The position numbers were made by a program, and so were the translations under genes. Below, piece by piece: positions 1 through 8,503 of a DNA stretch of 64,000 bases (position 1 is the stretch's first letter; the number at the start of each line of letters is the position of its first letter). This DNA comes from Myxococcota bacterium (lineage in GTDB: Bacteria; Myxococcota_A; UBA9160; SZUA-336). The notes beneath the pieces were generated by a model. The model saw only the letters and a list, made by a program, of their open reading frames with translations. It searched no databases and had not been told where the DNA came from. The stretch covers positions 2,144,001 through 2,208,000 of the forward strand of contig CBDFGR010000002.1 in assembly GCA_965247115.1 (NCBI GenBank), read 5' to 3'.

Positions 1-1011
1 GCGGAGCTGGTGGTCGAGGCGTCTCCGTGCGCCGACAAGGTCGCGTTCTACAATTCCGGGACCGAGGCAACGATGGCCGCGCTTCGCGCCGCCCGGGCCT
101 ACTCGGGAAAGACCAAGGTGGCGGTCTTCGTGGGGTCGTATCACGGGTCGCATGACTACGTACTCGTCCGACCCGACCCGCGTTCGAATCCCGACCGACC
201 GCAGACTCGGCCGCTGGGACACGGGATTCCGCGCGAGACCCTGGACCAGCTGCTTATCCTCCCCTACCGCAGTTCCGCCGCATTCGAGCTGATCCGGCAG
301 CACAAGGACGAGCTGGCGCTCGTGATGCTCGAGCCCGTGCAGAGCTCCAACCCGCGCCTGGACGTGGGACCCTTCCTGCAGGAGCTTCGATCGGTGTGCA
401 GCGACTCGGGCGTGCTGCTCTTGCTGGACGAGGTGATCACCGGCTTCCGGCTGGGATACCGCGGGGCACAGGACTTCTTCGGAGTGAAGGCGGATCTGGC
501 GAGCTATGGCAAGGTGCTGGGCGGTGGCACACCGATCGGCGCGGTCGCGGGGTCGGACGAGCTGATGGCGTGCTTCGGTCAGATCTTGAGCGGGGGGACT
601 TTCTGCGGCAATCCGATGTCGATGCGCGTGGGCAGCGCGGTGCTCAGAACCCTGCGAGCAAACCCCGAGATCTACTCGCGTCTGGCGAGCGAGTCGGAGC
701 GCCTGGCGCACGCGATCAACGGGTTCTGCGAGGCCGAGCGCATTCCGGCTCGTCTGATGAACGCCCAGTCGCAGTTCAAGCTCGTTTTCACCGATCAGCC
801 GGTGAACAGCGCATGGGATCTGCCGTCCCCGCGTAGCCCCGAGGCCGAGATCGAGAAGCTCTTCTACGCCCATCTGCACAAGAACGGCGTCGTCGTGCCC
901 GGCGCTCACGTCTTCTTCCTGTCCGCGGCGCACACGCAAGAGGACGTCGACGCTGTGATCGAGGCGTTCCAGAGCTCGTTCCTCGAGCTGCGAGAGGCCG
1001 GGGTGCTCTAG
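1..1011 (+). CDS. Class III PLP aminotransferase (glutamate-1-semialdehyde aminomutase-like), 5' partial
   Basis: NSGTEATM, GSYHG, LLDEVITGFR, YGKVLGGG (PLP Lys) and GTFCGNP motifs; frame open from position 1. Confidence 0.9.
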   Translation, partial: AELVVEASPCADKVAFYNSGTEATMAALRAARAYSGKTKVAVFVGSYHGSHDYVLVRPDPRSNPDRPQTRPLGHGIPRETLDQLLILPYRSSAAFELIRQHKDELALVMLEPVQSSNPRLDVGPFLQELRSVCSDSGVLLLLDEVITGFRLGYRGAQDFFGVKADLASYGKVLGGGTPIGAVAGSDELMACFGQILSGGTFCGNPMSMRVGSAVLRTLRANPEIYSRLASESERLAHAINGFCEAERIPARLMNAQSQFKLVFTDQPVNSAWDLPSPRSPEAEIEKLFYAHLHKNGVVVPGAHVFFLSAAHTQEDVDAVIEAFQSSFLELREAGVL

Positions 1012-1043
1012 AGCCTACCTTCCAAACCCAAGGGGGACCCTCC

Positions 1044-1385
1044 GTGATCTTCGAGATTCGCAACTACCACTACGAGCCAACTCTCATGCAGGCCTACAAG
1101 GAGTGGGCCCAACAGCGCGCCCTTCCATACCTCCGGGAGCACCCAGACCTAGACTTGGTCGGGTTCTGGGTAAACTTGGACGAGCCGGTGCAGGTCGATG
1201 GCAAGCCGCTCGACGAGCTCGGCTCGGCCACGGTGACCTGGATCCTGCGCTGGGACGATCTCGCCGTACGCAACGCCACCATGGACAAGTTGCTGGACAC
1301 GCCCGAGTGGCAGGCGATCATGAAGACCAACCCCGGCTTCGAGTACTACCACCGGACCGAGGTGAAGTTCGCGGAGGAGCTCTGA
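1044..1385 (+). CDS. NIPSNAP family protein
   Basis: MIFEIRNY start, LVGFW and WILRWDD pattern, 113 aa. Confidence 0.8.
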   Translation: MIFEIRNYHYEPTLMQAYKEWAQQRALPYLREHPDLDLVGFWVNLDEPVQVDGKPLDELGSATVTWILRWDDLAVRNATMDKLLDTPEWQAIMKTNPGFEYYHRTEVKFAEEL

Positions 1386-1425
1386 GCCGGGCTACTCCGA
1401 CGGCAGGCGCATCGCGCCCTCTTCG

Positions 1426-2367
1426 TCAGCTCGACCTCCACCCCCGCCAGCTCCAGAACGCGGCGCCCAGTTTGTTGAGGAAATCCCGCTCGTAGGCGGC
1501 GTCGGGCGCTCCGCGGACGAGACGGTCGATGGTGTGGGCGTCGTCTCCCACGAGGATGCGCCAGCGCTCGCCGCGAACTCCCGCCAGGATGATCGACGCC
1601 GCCTGCGCCGCGCTCGTGGGCGCCGAGTCCCGAAACGCGGTCCCCACCTGCTGGGTGGTCGCCGCGAGCTGTGCGTCGGTCATGTCCGCGCCACCGGCTC
1701 CGAACATCTCGCGCAGGGCGTCGGGCCCGCCGCCGAGCACGGCCTGCGAGTTCAGGATGATCGGTGTGCCGATGTGTCCGGGCATCACGACCGACACCTT
1801 GACGTGCGGTGCGTGCAGCCGGAGGTCCGTCACGAGGGCCTCGCTGAAGCCCTTCACCGCGAACTTGGCCGCGGAGTACGCGGTGTGCGCGGCGTCGGGC
1901 CCCGCCGACGCGAAGAACCCGTTGACGCTGCTCGTGTTGACCAGGTGCCCGCCGTCGCTGGCCACCAGCAGCGGCAGGAACGCGCGGGTGCCGTAGTAGA
2001 CGCCGTACCAGCACACCGCGAAGGTCTTCTCCCACTGCGCCCGATCGTCGCGCAGGAAGCTCCCGCCCCCCGAGATCCCCGCGTTGTTGAAGAGCAGGTG
2101 AATGTGGTCGGTCGCGTGGCGCTCCGTCACGTCGTCGCGGAACGCGAGCATCTGCGCCTCGTCAGAGACGTCGGCGCGAAACGCGCTGATGCGCAGCCCC
2201 TCGGGAGCGCCCTCGCGGCAGAGGCCGACGGTCTCCTCCATGTTCTCGGCCGAAAGGTCGCACATCGCCACGTGACAGCCCTGGGTGGTGAGCTGCCGGG
2301 CGAGTTCGCGCCCCATGCCCGTCCCGCCGCCGGTGATGACGGCGAGCTTGCCGTCAAAGCTCTGCAT
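1426..2367 (-). CDS. Short-chain dehydrogenase/reductase
   Basis: TGGGTGMG, NNAG, YSAAK; GAGGAG RBS. Confidence 0.95.
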   Translation of the reverse strand: MQSFDGKLAVITGGGTGMGRELARQLTTQGCHVAMCDLSAENMEETVGLCREGAPEGLRISAFRADVSDEAQMLAFRDDVTERHATDHIHLLFNNAGISGGGSFLRDDRAQWEKTFAVCWYGVYYGTRAFLPLLVASDGGHLVNTSSVNGFFASAGPDAAHTAYSAAKFAVKGFSEALVTDLRLHAPHVKVSVVMPGHIGTPIILNSQAVLGGGPDALREMFGAGGADMTDAQLAATTQQVGTAFRDSAPTSAAQAASIILAGVRGERWRILVGDDAHTIDRLVRGAPDAAYERDFLNKLGAAFWSWRGWRSS

Positions 2368-2400
2368 CTCCTCGCTCCTCTCTTGCGGACGCCGCGCCGC

Positions 2401-2878
2401 CTACGCGGTCGCACCGGCCTTGGTGGCCAGAAACAGCTGGTGCATGGCATTCTCCACGTCGAGCCGCTCGAAGTGGACGAAGCCCGCCTCGTGCGCCAGC
2501 GCCCGCCATCAGCTCGGGCACGCGCTGGACGCATGCCTGCGCGTACTGGAACCCGCCTCCGAGGAAGGACGGGTGGCCGTCCTCCGCCAGCACGCGGGCC
2601 TGCTCAGGGGTGATCGAGAACGACCCGTCGGTCGCGTCGTACTCGACGTACTCGGCGGCAGCCATGGCCGCCGCCCACTTGCGCAGGTAGCGCTGGTCGA
2701 GGCCGGTCCGGTCCGCGAGGGCCTGCGACGTCGCGGAGCCCGCCTCGGCCAGGGCCCGGAACATGCCCAGCCGGTCCCCGATGTAGGCGAGGGCGACGGT
2801 ATGCGCGCCGCCCCAGTCCTGGAGTACGGGCGCGGCGAACCGGTTGACCGCTTCGGGGTCCGGGGGGCGCAGGGTCAT
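2401..2878 (-). pseudogene. wHTH + SAM methyltransferase (Rv2258c-like) with the core deleted
   Basis: N-terminus IGDRLGMFRALA...RYLRKWAAAMAAAEYVEYD...PELM is joined out of frame at about 2508 to a C-terminal RALAHEAGFVHFERLDVENAMHQLFLATK*; no SAM-binding core. Confidence 0.7.
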
Positions 2879-2970
2879 GGCCAGAGACCTCCCTTCGGGT
2901 CTCGGAGCTTACCAGCCCCTGGAGTCGGTCGAGGTGGCCGCTCCCGCCGAGCCCCTGCGGGCGAATCAGG

Positions 2971-3141
2971 TCGGCGGCGCTGGGAACCGCCGCGGAGTGC
3001 GAGGTGGCGCTGCGGCACTTCGAGGGCGTCGTGGACGAAGTGGGGCTCGTGAACGTGTCCTACTCCGCCCGCGGCGCGGACCTTGGGACGGGCTTTCGCG
3101 ACCTGATCCGCCTGGGCGCCCGCGTGAAGAAGGCCGCCTAG
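2971..3141 (+). pseudogene. Orphan C-terminal gene remnant, LLM oxidoreductase-like
   Basis: Codon-typical frame with no start: AALGTAAECEVALRHFEGVVDEVGLVN...KKAA*. Confidence 0.35.
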
Positions 3142-3149
3142 GCTCCGCC

Positions 3150-4334
3150 TCAGGCGACGGTGGCGCTCGAGCGGAGCCTGGCGATTTCCTCGGGCGTCTT
3201 TCCGAGCTCGCGCAGCACCGCGTCGGTGTGCTCTCCGAGCGCGGGGGCGGCGGTGCGAATCGACGTCGGGGTGCCCTCGAAGCGCGTGGCCGGGCGCGGC
3301 TGCCGGACGCGACCCAGGCTCTCGAAGTCCTGCTCCACGATCAGCTCGTTCACGATGACCTGCGGGTCGTCGCGCACCTCGGCGCGGCTTCGCATGGGCG
3401 CGCACGGCACGCCGGCCTGGTCGAGGATGCGGGAGATCTCGGCGATGCTCATGCCTGCGAACAGAGTCCGCAGCTCGGCCTGGAGCGCCGCGAAGTTCTT
3501 GCCGCGCCGGTTGGCCGAGCGGAAGCGCTCGTCCTTGATCAGGTCGGGGCGATCCACGGCCAGGCACATCGCGCGCCACTCCACGTTCGAGCCGGGATAG
3601 ATCGCCATGAAGCCGTCCGCCGCCTCGAACACCGCGTAGATGTCCGCCATCGTCAGGCCGCGCTTGACGTCGTCGCCGACGAAGGTCTCGTTGACCATGC
3701 CGTCGGGCCAGAGAAACGCGACGGCCGCGTCGAGCATGGCCAGCCGCACGTGCTGTCCCCCCTTGCCCGAGGCCCGCGCGAGCAGCGCCGCCGTGATCGC
3801 CTGCGCCGCGGTGAGCGAGGTGACCTTGTCGCAGACGACGTTTCGCACGTAGTCGGGCCGTCCAACGGAGGGGTCGGTCTGCGTCTCGACCATTCCCGAG
3901 ATCATCTGGATCACAGGGTCGTAGACGCGCTTCCCGGCGTAGGGCCCCCGATCGCCAAACCCGGAGATCGAGACGTAGACCAGATCGTCCTTGACGCGTT
4001 TCAGGTCCTCGTAGCCGATGCCCAAGCGTTCCACGGCGCCGGGCCGGAAGTTCTGGACCACCGCGTCCGCGCTCCGGACCAGCTCGAGCAGCAAATCGAC
4101 TCCCGCCGGGGTCTTCAAGTCGACCACGATCGAGCGCTTGTTCCGGTTGACCGACGCGAAGAATGTGGAGACCGTGCCGCGGCGGTAGCCGACCGTGCGC
4201 ACCATGTCGCCGATGCGGGGCGGTTCGACCTTGATCACGTCGGCGCCCTGGTCGGCCAGGATCTGGGTGGCGAACGGTCCGGAGACGATCGCCGTGAGAT
4301 CGATGATTCGGAAGCCCTCGAGCGGACCTGTCAT
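3150..4334 (-). CDS. CaiB/BaiF (family III) CoA-transferase
   Basis: GPFATQILADQGADVIKVEPP, NRNKRS, NFRPG, APALGEHT. Confidence 0.95.
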   Translation of the reverse strand: MTGPLEGFRIIDLTAIVSGPFATQILADQGADVIKVEPPRIGDMVRTVGYRRGTVSTFFASVNRNKRSIVVDLKTPAGVDLLLELVRSADAVVQNFRPGAVERLGIGYEDLKRVKDDLVYVSISGFGDRGPYAGKRVYDPVIQMISGMVETQTDPSVGRPDYVRNVVCDKVTSLTAAQAITAALLARASGKGGQHVRLAMLDAAVAFLWPDGMVNETFVGDDVKRGLTMADIYAVFEAADGFMAIYPGSNVEWRAMCLAVDRPDLIKDERFRSANRRGKNFAALQAELRTLFAGMSIAEISRILDQAGVPCAPMRSRAEVRDDPQVIVNELIVEQDFESLGRVRQPRPATRFEGTPTSIRTAAPALGEHTDAVLRELGKTPEEIARLRSSATVA

Positions 4335-4424
4335 GCTGGCGACCCTCCCCTGTCGAAGCGCTCGCGGCGATCATCCAGTATCGGCGAATGGCGCGTCAAG
4401 TCAGCTGCGAGGAGCGGTCTGCCG

Positions 4425-4922
4425 ATGGACCGCGAAGGCCTCGACCACTACTCCAGCTCGGTCGTCGCGCTCGACGGCGACAGCGGCGAGGTGGTCTGGC
4501 ACTTCCGGATGGTCTACCACGACCTCTGGGACTACGACACGCCCGCGCAGCCGACCCTGATGGAGCTGCGCAAGGACGGCGAGACGATCCCGGTCGTCGT
4601 GCAGGTCATGAAGATGGGCATGACCTTCGTACTGAACCGGGAGACCGGCGAGCCGGTGTACCCGGTCGAGGAGCGTCCCGTGCCGCAGCAACCCGCGCCG
4701 GGCGAATACCTCTCGCCGACGCAGCCTTTCCCCACGCACGCCCCGCACCTGCTGCCGCCGATCAGCGCGGACGACGCGTGGGGCTTCACCTTCTGGGACC
4801 GCGGGGCCTGCCGCGACCGCCTGAACGAGCTACGGAACGACGGGATCTACACCCCGCCCACGCTCGAAGGCTCGATCCTGTACCCGAGCAACGGCGGCGG
4901 GAACAACTGGGGCTCACCTGCG
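4425..4922 (+). pseudogene. Internal fragment of a PQQ-dependent glucose/quinate dehydrogenase
   Basis: VVALDGDSGEVVWHF, HDLWDYD, EERPVP, SPTQPFP, GGNNWG; no N- or C-terminus. Confidence 0.85.
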
Positions 4923-4990
4923 AACATGTCCGCCCGTGCCAGCGGGATTCGAAGGCCCCTGAACCGGGCCCCAAGGGCATCGGGGCGCGC

Positions 4991-5641
4991 CTACATGCGT
5001 ATGCCGGCGGCCCTGGCCATCGGGTGGATGCTCTGCCCGGCGCTTGGCCGCGCGCCCATTCTCCGGTACCAGGCATCGAGGTTCTTGTTGGACTCGTCCA
5101 GCGGCTGGCCGACGCTCGGTGCGATGTCGAGCATGCAGTAGAGGTGAAGGTCGACGAGCCGCAGCTTGTCGCCGGCGATGTAGTCGCGCCCCGCGATCAG
5201 CCCGTCGAGCCACTGCTGGTTCTCGCGCGCGATTGCCTTCAGATCGTCGGACGCCTGCGGGATCACGTGGAGTCGATCCTTGAACATCGCGAGCCCCTCG
5301 CCGTAGCGGTAGCCGTTCGCCAGCGGCTCGGTGATGTTGAGCTCGCAGCGGCGCTGCCACATGCGCGTCTTGGCGCGCTCCTCGGGGGTCTCCCCGATCA
5401 GCGGCGGGTCGGGGTACTTCTCGTCCAGGTACTCGCAGATCGCGATCGTCTCCGACAGGATGCTCCCGTCGTCGAGTTCGAGACTGGGCACCTGCCCGCT
5501 CGGATTGAGCTTCTTGTAGGCGTCGCCGCGGTTTTCGCCGGCGTCGATGTCGATCTCCTCGGTCGGGAGCTCGATTCCTTTCTCCATCATGAACATCCGC
5601 ACCAGGCGGGGATTGGGGCCGAGCGAGTTGTAGAGCTTCAT
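4991..5641 (-). CDS. Glutathione S-transferase family protein
   Basis: GPNPRLV, LNPSGQVP, SETIAICEYLDE; GGAGG RBS. Confidence 0.93.
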   Translation of the reverse strand: MKLYNSLGPNPRLVRMFMMEKGIELPTEEIDIDAGENRGDAYKKLNPSGQVPSLELDDGSILSETIAICEYLDEKYPDPPLIGETPEERAKTRMWQRRCELNITEPLANGYRYGEGLAMFKDRLHVIPQASDDLKAIARENQQWLDGLIAGRDYIAGDKLRLVDLHLYCMLDIAPSVGQPLDESNKNLDAWYRRMGARPSAGQSIHPMARAAGIRM

Positions 5642-5686
5642 GCGACCTCCAGTCGAATGCGTCGTTGGGGCAGTCTACCACGCCCC

Positions 5687-5878
5687 TTGCTGGCACATCT
5701 GATCGATGTGCCAGCCTTGGAGCGAGCCCACCAGCGCATGCGCAAGAATGCGGCGGTGGGTGTGGATGGGGTCACAAAGGAGAAATACGGGCAGGACCTG
5801 GAGCGAAATCTCCGGGACCTACACGTTCGGATGAAGGCGAAGCGCTATCGCCATCAGCCGATCCGGCGGGTCCATATC
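5687..5878 (+). mobile_element. Remnant of a group II intron reverse transcriptase/maturase (RT0-RT1 only)
   Basis: LAHLIDVPALERAHQRMRKNAAVGVDGVTKEKYGQDLERNLRDLHVRMKAKRYRHQPIRRVHI; similarity ends before the expected PK..G..RPLG. Confidence 0.8.
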
Positions 5879-5931
5879 CGTCGTTGTTCGAGTCGAGGAA
5901 GAAGCGATCCTCGCCGATGAACGGACAGAGG

Positions 5932-7638
5932 CTAGCCGGCGGCGAGCGGCCCGCGCAGCACCCTGCCTGGCAGCGCGCCTGTAGGCTCCGAGCCCCGCAG
6001 GATTGGCTCTCCGTTCACGATCGAGTGCTCGATCCCGCGCGACTTCTGCAGGTAGCGACGCGCGCCCCCCGGCAGGTCGTAGACGACCTCGGGCAGCAGC
6101 GGCGCCACCTGGTCGGGATCGAAGGCGATCAGATCCGCCGCGAAGCCCTCGCGCACCAGACCCCGGTCCGAGAAGCCCCAGGCGCTCGCGATGTCGAAGC
6201 TGAGCATGCGCACGGCTTCACTCAGGGTCAGGGCTCCCTTCTCGCGCACCCAGTGGGCGAGCACGTGGGTCTGCAGGGACGAATCCATGATCTGTGAGAC
6301 GTGCGCGCCGGAGTCGGAGAAGGTCACCGCCGAGCGCGGATGACGCATCATCTCGAGCACGTGGTCCTGGTCCTCGTTCGCGAGCGGTTGCAGGAACAGC
6401 TGCTTCAGGTCCTTCTCGAGCGAGAGTTCGATCATCGCGTCCGCCGGATGCAGACCCCGGGCCTTCGCGACCTGGTTCAGCGAGGGGTGTGGACCCTCGA
6501 CCTTGTCGAGCGCGAGGATCCAGTCGTAGTCCGGGCGCCGCGGCTCGGCTCCGACCGCTCGCCCGCCGAGGCGTCCGGCCTTGGCGGACTCGACCAGCTT
6601 CGCGCGCAGCTCGGGATCGCGCAGGCGGCGCTTCTGATCCTCGAGCGGCAGCGAGCGCAGCTCGCGCCAGACCGGATAGTGGTCGAAGGGCATGTTCGTC
6701 TCGAAGCTCAGCACCGCGTTGAGGGCGCGGCTGTGCACCTGCGCGAACATCCGGCCACCGGCCGCGGCCGTCTCGTCGAGGAGCTCCATGTATTGCCGCC
6801 AGTAATCGGGCGCTCCACGAATCGAGAAGATGCCCCAGGTGACCGTGACCCCGGTGTCGACCGCGAGGTCGCGCAGCCACTCCAGGTAGTCGCGGATCCG
6901 CTCGGGGTCGCGATCGGGGTCCTCGCCGGCGATCTCGAAGATGCCGGCTCCCGTCTCGCCCATTGCCGCCACCAGGGCGCGCACCTCGTCCCAGCTCGCG
7001 ACGCGACTGGCCACCGGCTGCCCGTCGGGCGTCTGGTGGTGGTGCGTACGCGAGGTCGTGAAGCCCAGCGCCCCCGCGCGCACAGAGGCCACCAGCTCGC
7101 GCTTCATGGCCTCGAGCTCGTCGGCGGTAGGCGCGTCCGTGAAGGCGCGCTCGCCCATCACGTGCGTGCGCAGTGCGGAGTGGCCGACGTAGCCGGAGTA
7201 GTTGATGCCCTTGGGCAGGGCGTCGAGCCGGTCCAGATACTCGGGATAGGTCGCCCAGCTCCACTTGATGCCGGCCTCCATGGCCTCGGCCGAGATGTCC
7301 TCGGCGCGCTCGAGGTTACGGAGCACGAGCGCCTTGTCCCGCTCGCGGCAGGGGGCCAGCGTGAAGCCGCAGTTGCCCATCACCACGCTGGTGACGCCGT
7401 GATAGCAGGAGGAGGTCCCCAGCGGATCCCAGCACACCTGGGCGTCCATGTGCGTGTGGCCGTCCACGAAGCCGGGTGCGACGTGCAGCCCGTCGGCATC
7501 GATCGTGCGCCCGGCCTGCTCGCGAATCCGGCCGACGCGGGCGATGCGTCCGTTGCGCACCCCGATGTCTGCCGGATACGGCGCGCCTCCCGAGCCGTCT
7601 ACGATCGTCCCCCCTCGAACCACCAGGTCGTACGCCAT
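5932..7638 (-). CDS. N-acyl-D-amino-acid deacylase family amidohydrolase
   Basis: YDLVVRGGTIVDG, PGFVDGHTHMD, GNCGF, SDSGAH; AGGAGG RBS before the ATG at 7638. Confidence 0.93.
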   Translation of the reverse strand: MAYDLVVRGGTIVDGSGGAPYPADIGVRNGRIARVGRIREQAGRTIDADGLHVAPGFVDGHTHMDAQVCWDPLGTSSCYHGVTSVVMGNCGFTLAPCRERDKALVLRNLERAEDISAEAMEAGIKWSWATYPEYLDRLDALPKGINYSGYVGHSALRTHVMGERAFTDAPTADELEAMKRELVASVRAGALGFTTSRTHHHQTPDGQPVASRVASWDEVRALVAAMGETGAGIFEIAGEDPDRDPERIRDYLEWLRDLAVDTGVTVTWGIFSIRGAPDYWRQYMELLDETAAAGGRMFAQVHSRALNAVLSFETNMPFDHYPVWRELRSLPLEDQKRRLRDPELRAKLVESAKAGRLGGRAVGAEPRRPDYDWILALDKVEGPHPSLNQVAKARGLHPADAMIELSLEKDLKQLFLQPLANEDQDHVLEMMRHPRSAVTFSDSGAHVSQIMDSSLQTHVLAHWVREKGALTLSEAVRMLSFDIASAWGFSDRGLVREGFAADLIAFDPDQVAPLLPEVVYDLPGGARRYLQKSRGIEHSIVNGEPILRGSEPTGALPGRVLRGPLAAG

Positions 7639-8128
7639 GCAGAGCTCCTCCTGGACCCGCATCTTACGCCGATTTCGCCGGCTTCGCGAAGGCGCGCCGG
7701 TCCCTCGGAGCCTGCGCGGGGGCTCGTCGATACGGGCCCCCCGCGACGGGCGCCAGGCGGCCGCCGGAAGGGCTTTTGGGGACGAGCAGGAGTAGCGGAC
7801 GCGGGTTCGATTGCGGCCGCCTGCACCACCAACTCGAGCGTTGGCTCGGTGACCAGGAGGGTCGTCTGCTCGGATAGCAATCAGCAAGGGGAACAAACCG
7901 CCCGCGGCGTCCCCACCAGATGAGCGGGCACCCGTTCGATCGCGCGGAGACGTCGCTCAACTGGATCAGGTCCACACGCCGTCGCGTCCCTCGAGCCCCT
8001 ACACCGTGGGGGGCGCGCGGTCGCGGTAGCGGCGCTCGATGCGCGCCCCCCAAATGCCCGACGGCTCGCCAGGATGCGAGTCGGCCGAGCTTAGGGCTCG
8101 GTCATCGCGCTCCCCTCCGACGGCGTGT

Positions 8129-8503
8129 CTAGGTGGCCAGGCGCTTGGCTTCGTCGTCGGCGCTCGGCTCTTCGATCCTGTAGAGGTCGCGCCCGTTCTC
8201 CCACAGGATCTTGCGTCGCACCGACTCCTCGCAGTCCGCGAGCCCGGCGTCGATGCGCTTGTGCACCTCGTCGCCGTAGAGCGAGGTGGGGTGGGGGAAG
8301 TCGGTCTCGAACAGGATGTTGTCGACACCCACCTTGTCGATCAAGCGCCGCGGGGCGACCTGCTCGAACCAGTAGCAGGCGTAGATGTTACGGGCGAAGT
8401 ACTCCGAGGGATTCAGCTCGAAGGCGGGGTTCTCCTGGCGCACCCGGTTGCCGTGGAACTGGTAGTCGAGGGCCTCGAGGGTAAAGGGGATCCAGCCGAT
8501 GCC
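8129..8503 (-). pseudogene. C-terminal fragment of an amidohydrolase_2 family protein
   Basis: GIGWIPF, PSEYF, ILFETDFPHP, KILWENGRDLY; begins in frame directly after the BVMO TAG. Confidence 0.85.

Noticed and set aside
1..1011. Gene symbol hemL
   Set aside because: Only family-level similarity, partial gene, no tetrapyrrole context
2844..5141. 765-aa plus-strand ORF
   Set aside because: Mostly the antisense shadow of the CoA-transferase and GST genes; only 4425-4922 is protein-like
5687..5878. RT fragment as part of a DGR, retron or defence RT system
   Set aside because: Only a 64-codon group II-type N-terminal stub, with no catalytic motif, TR/VR pair or ncRNA seen
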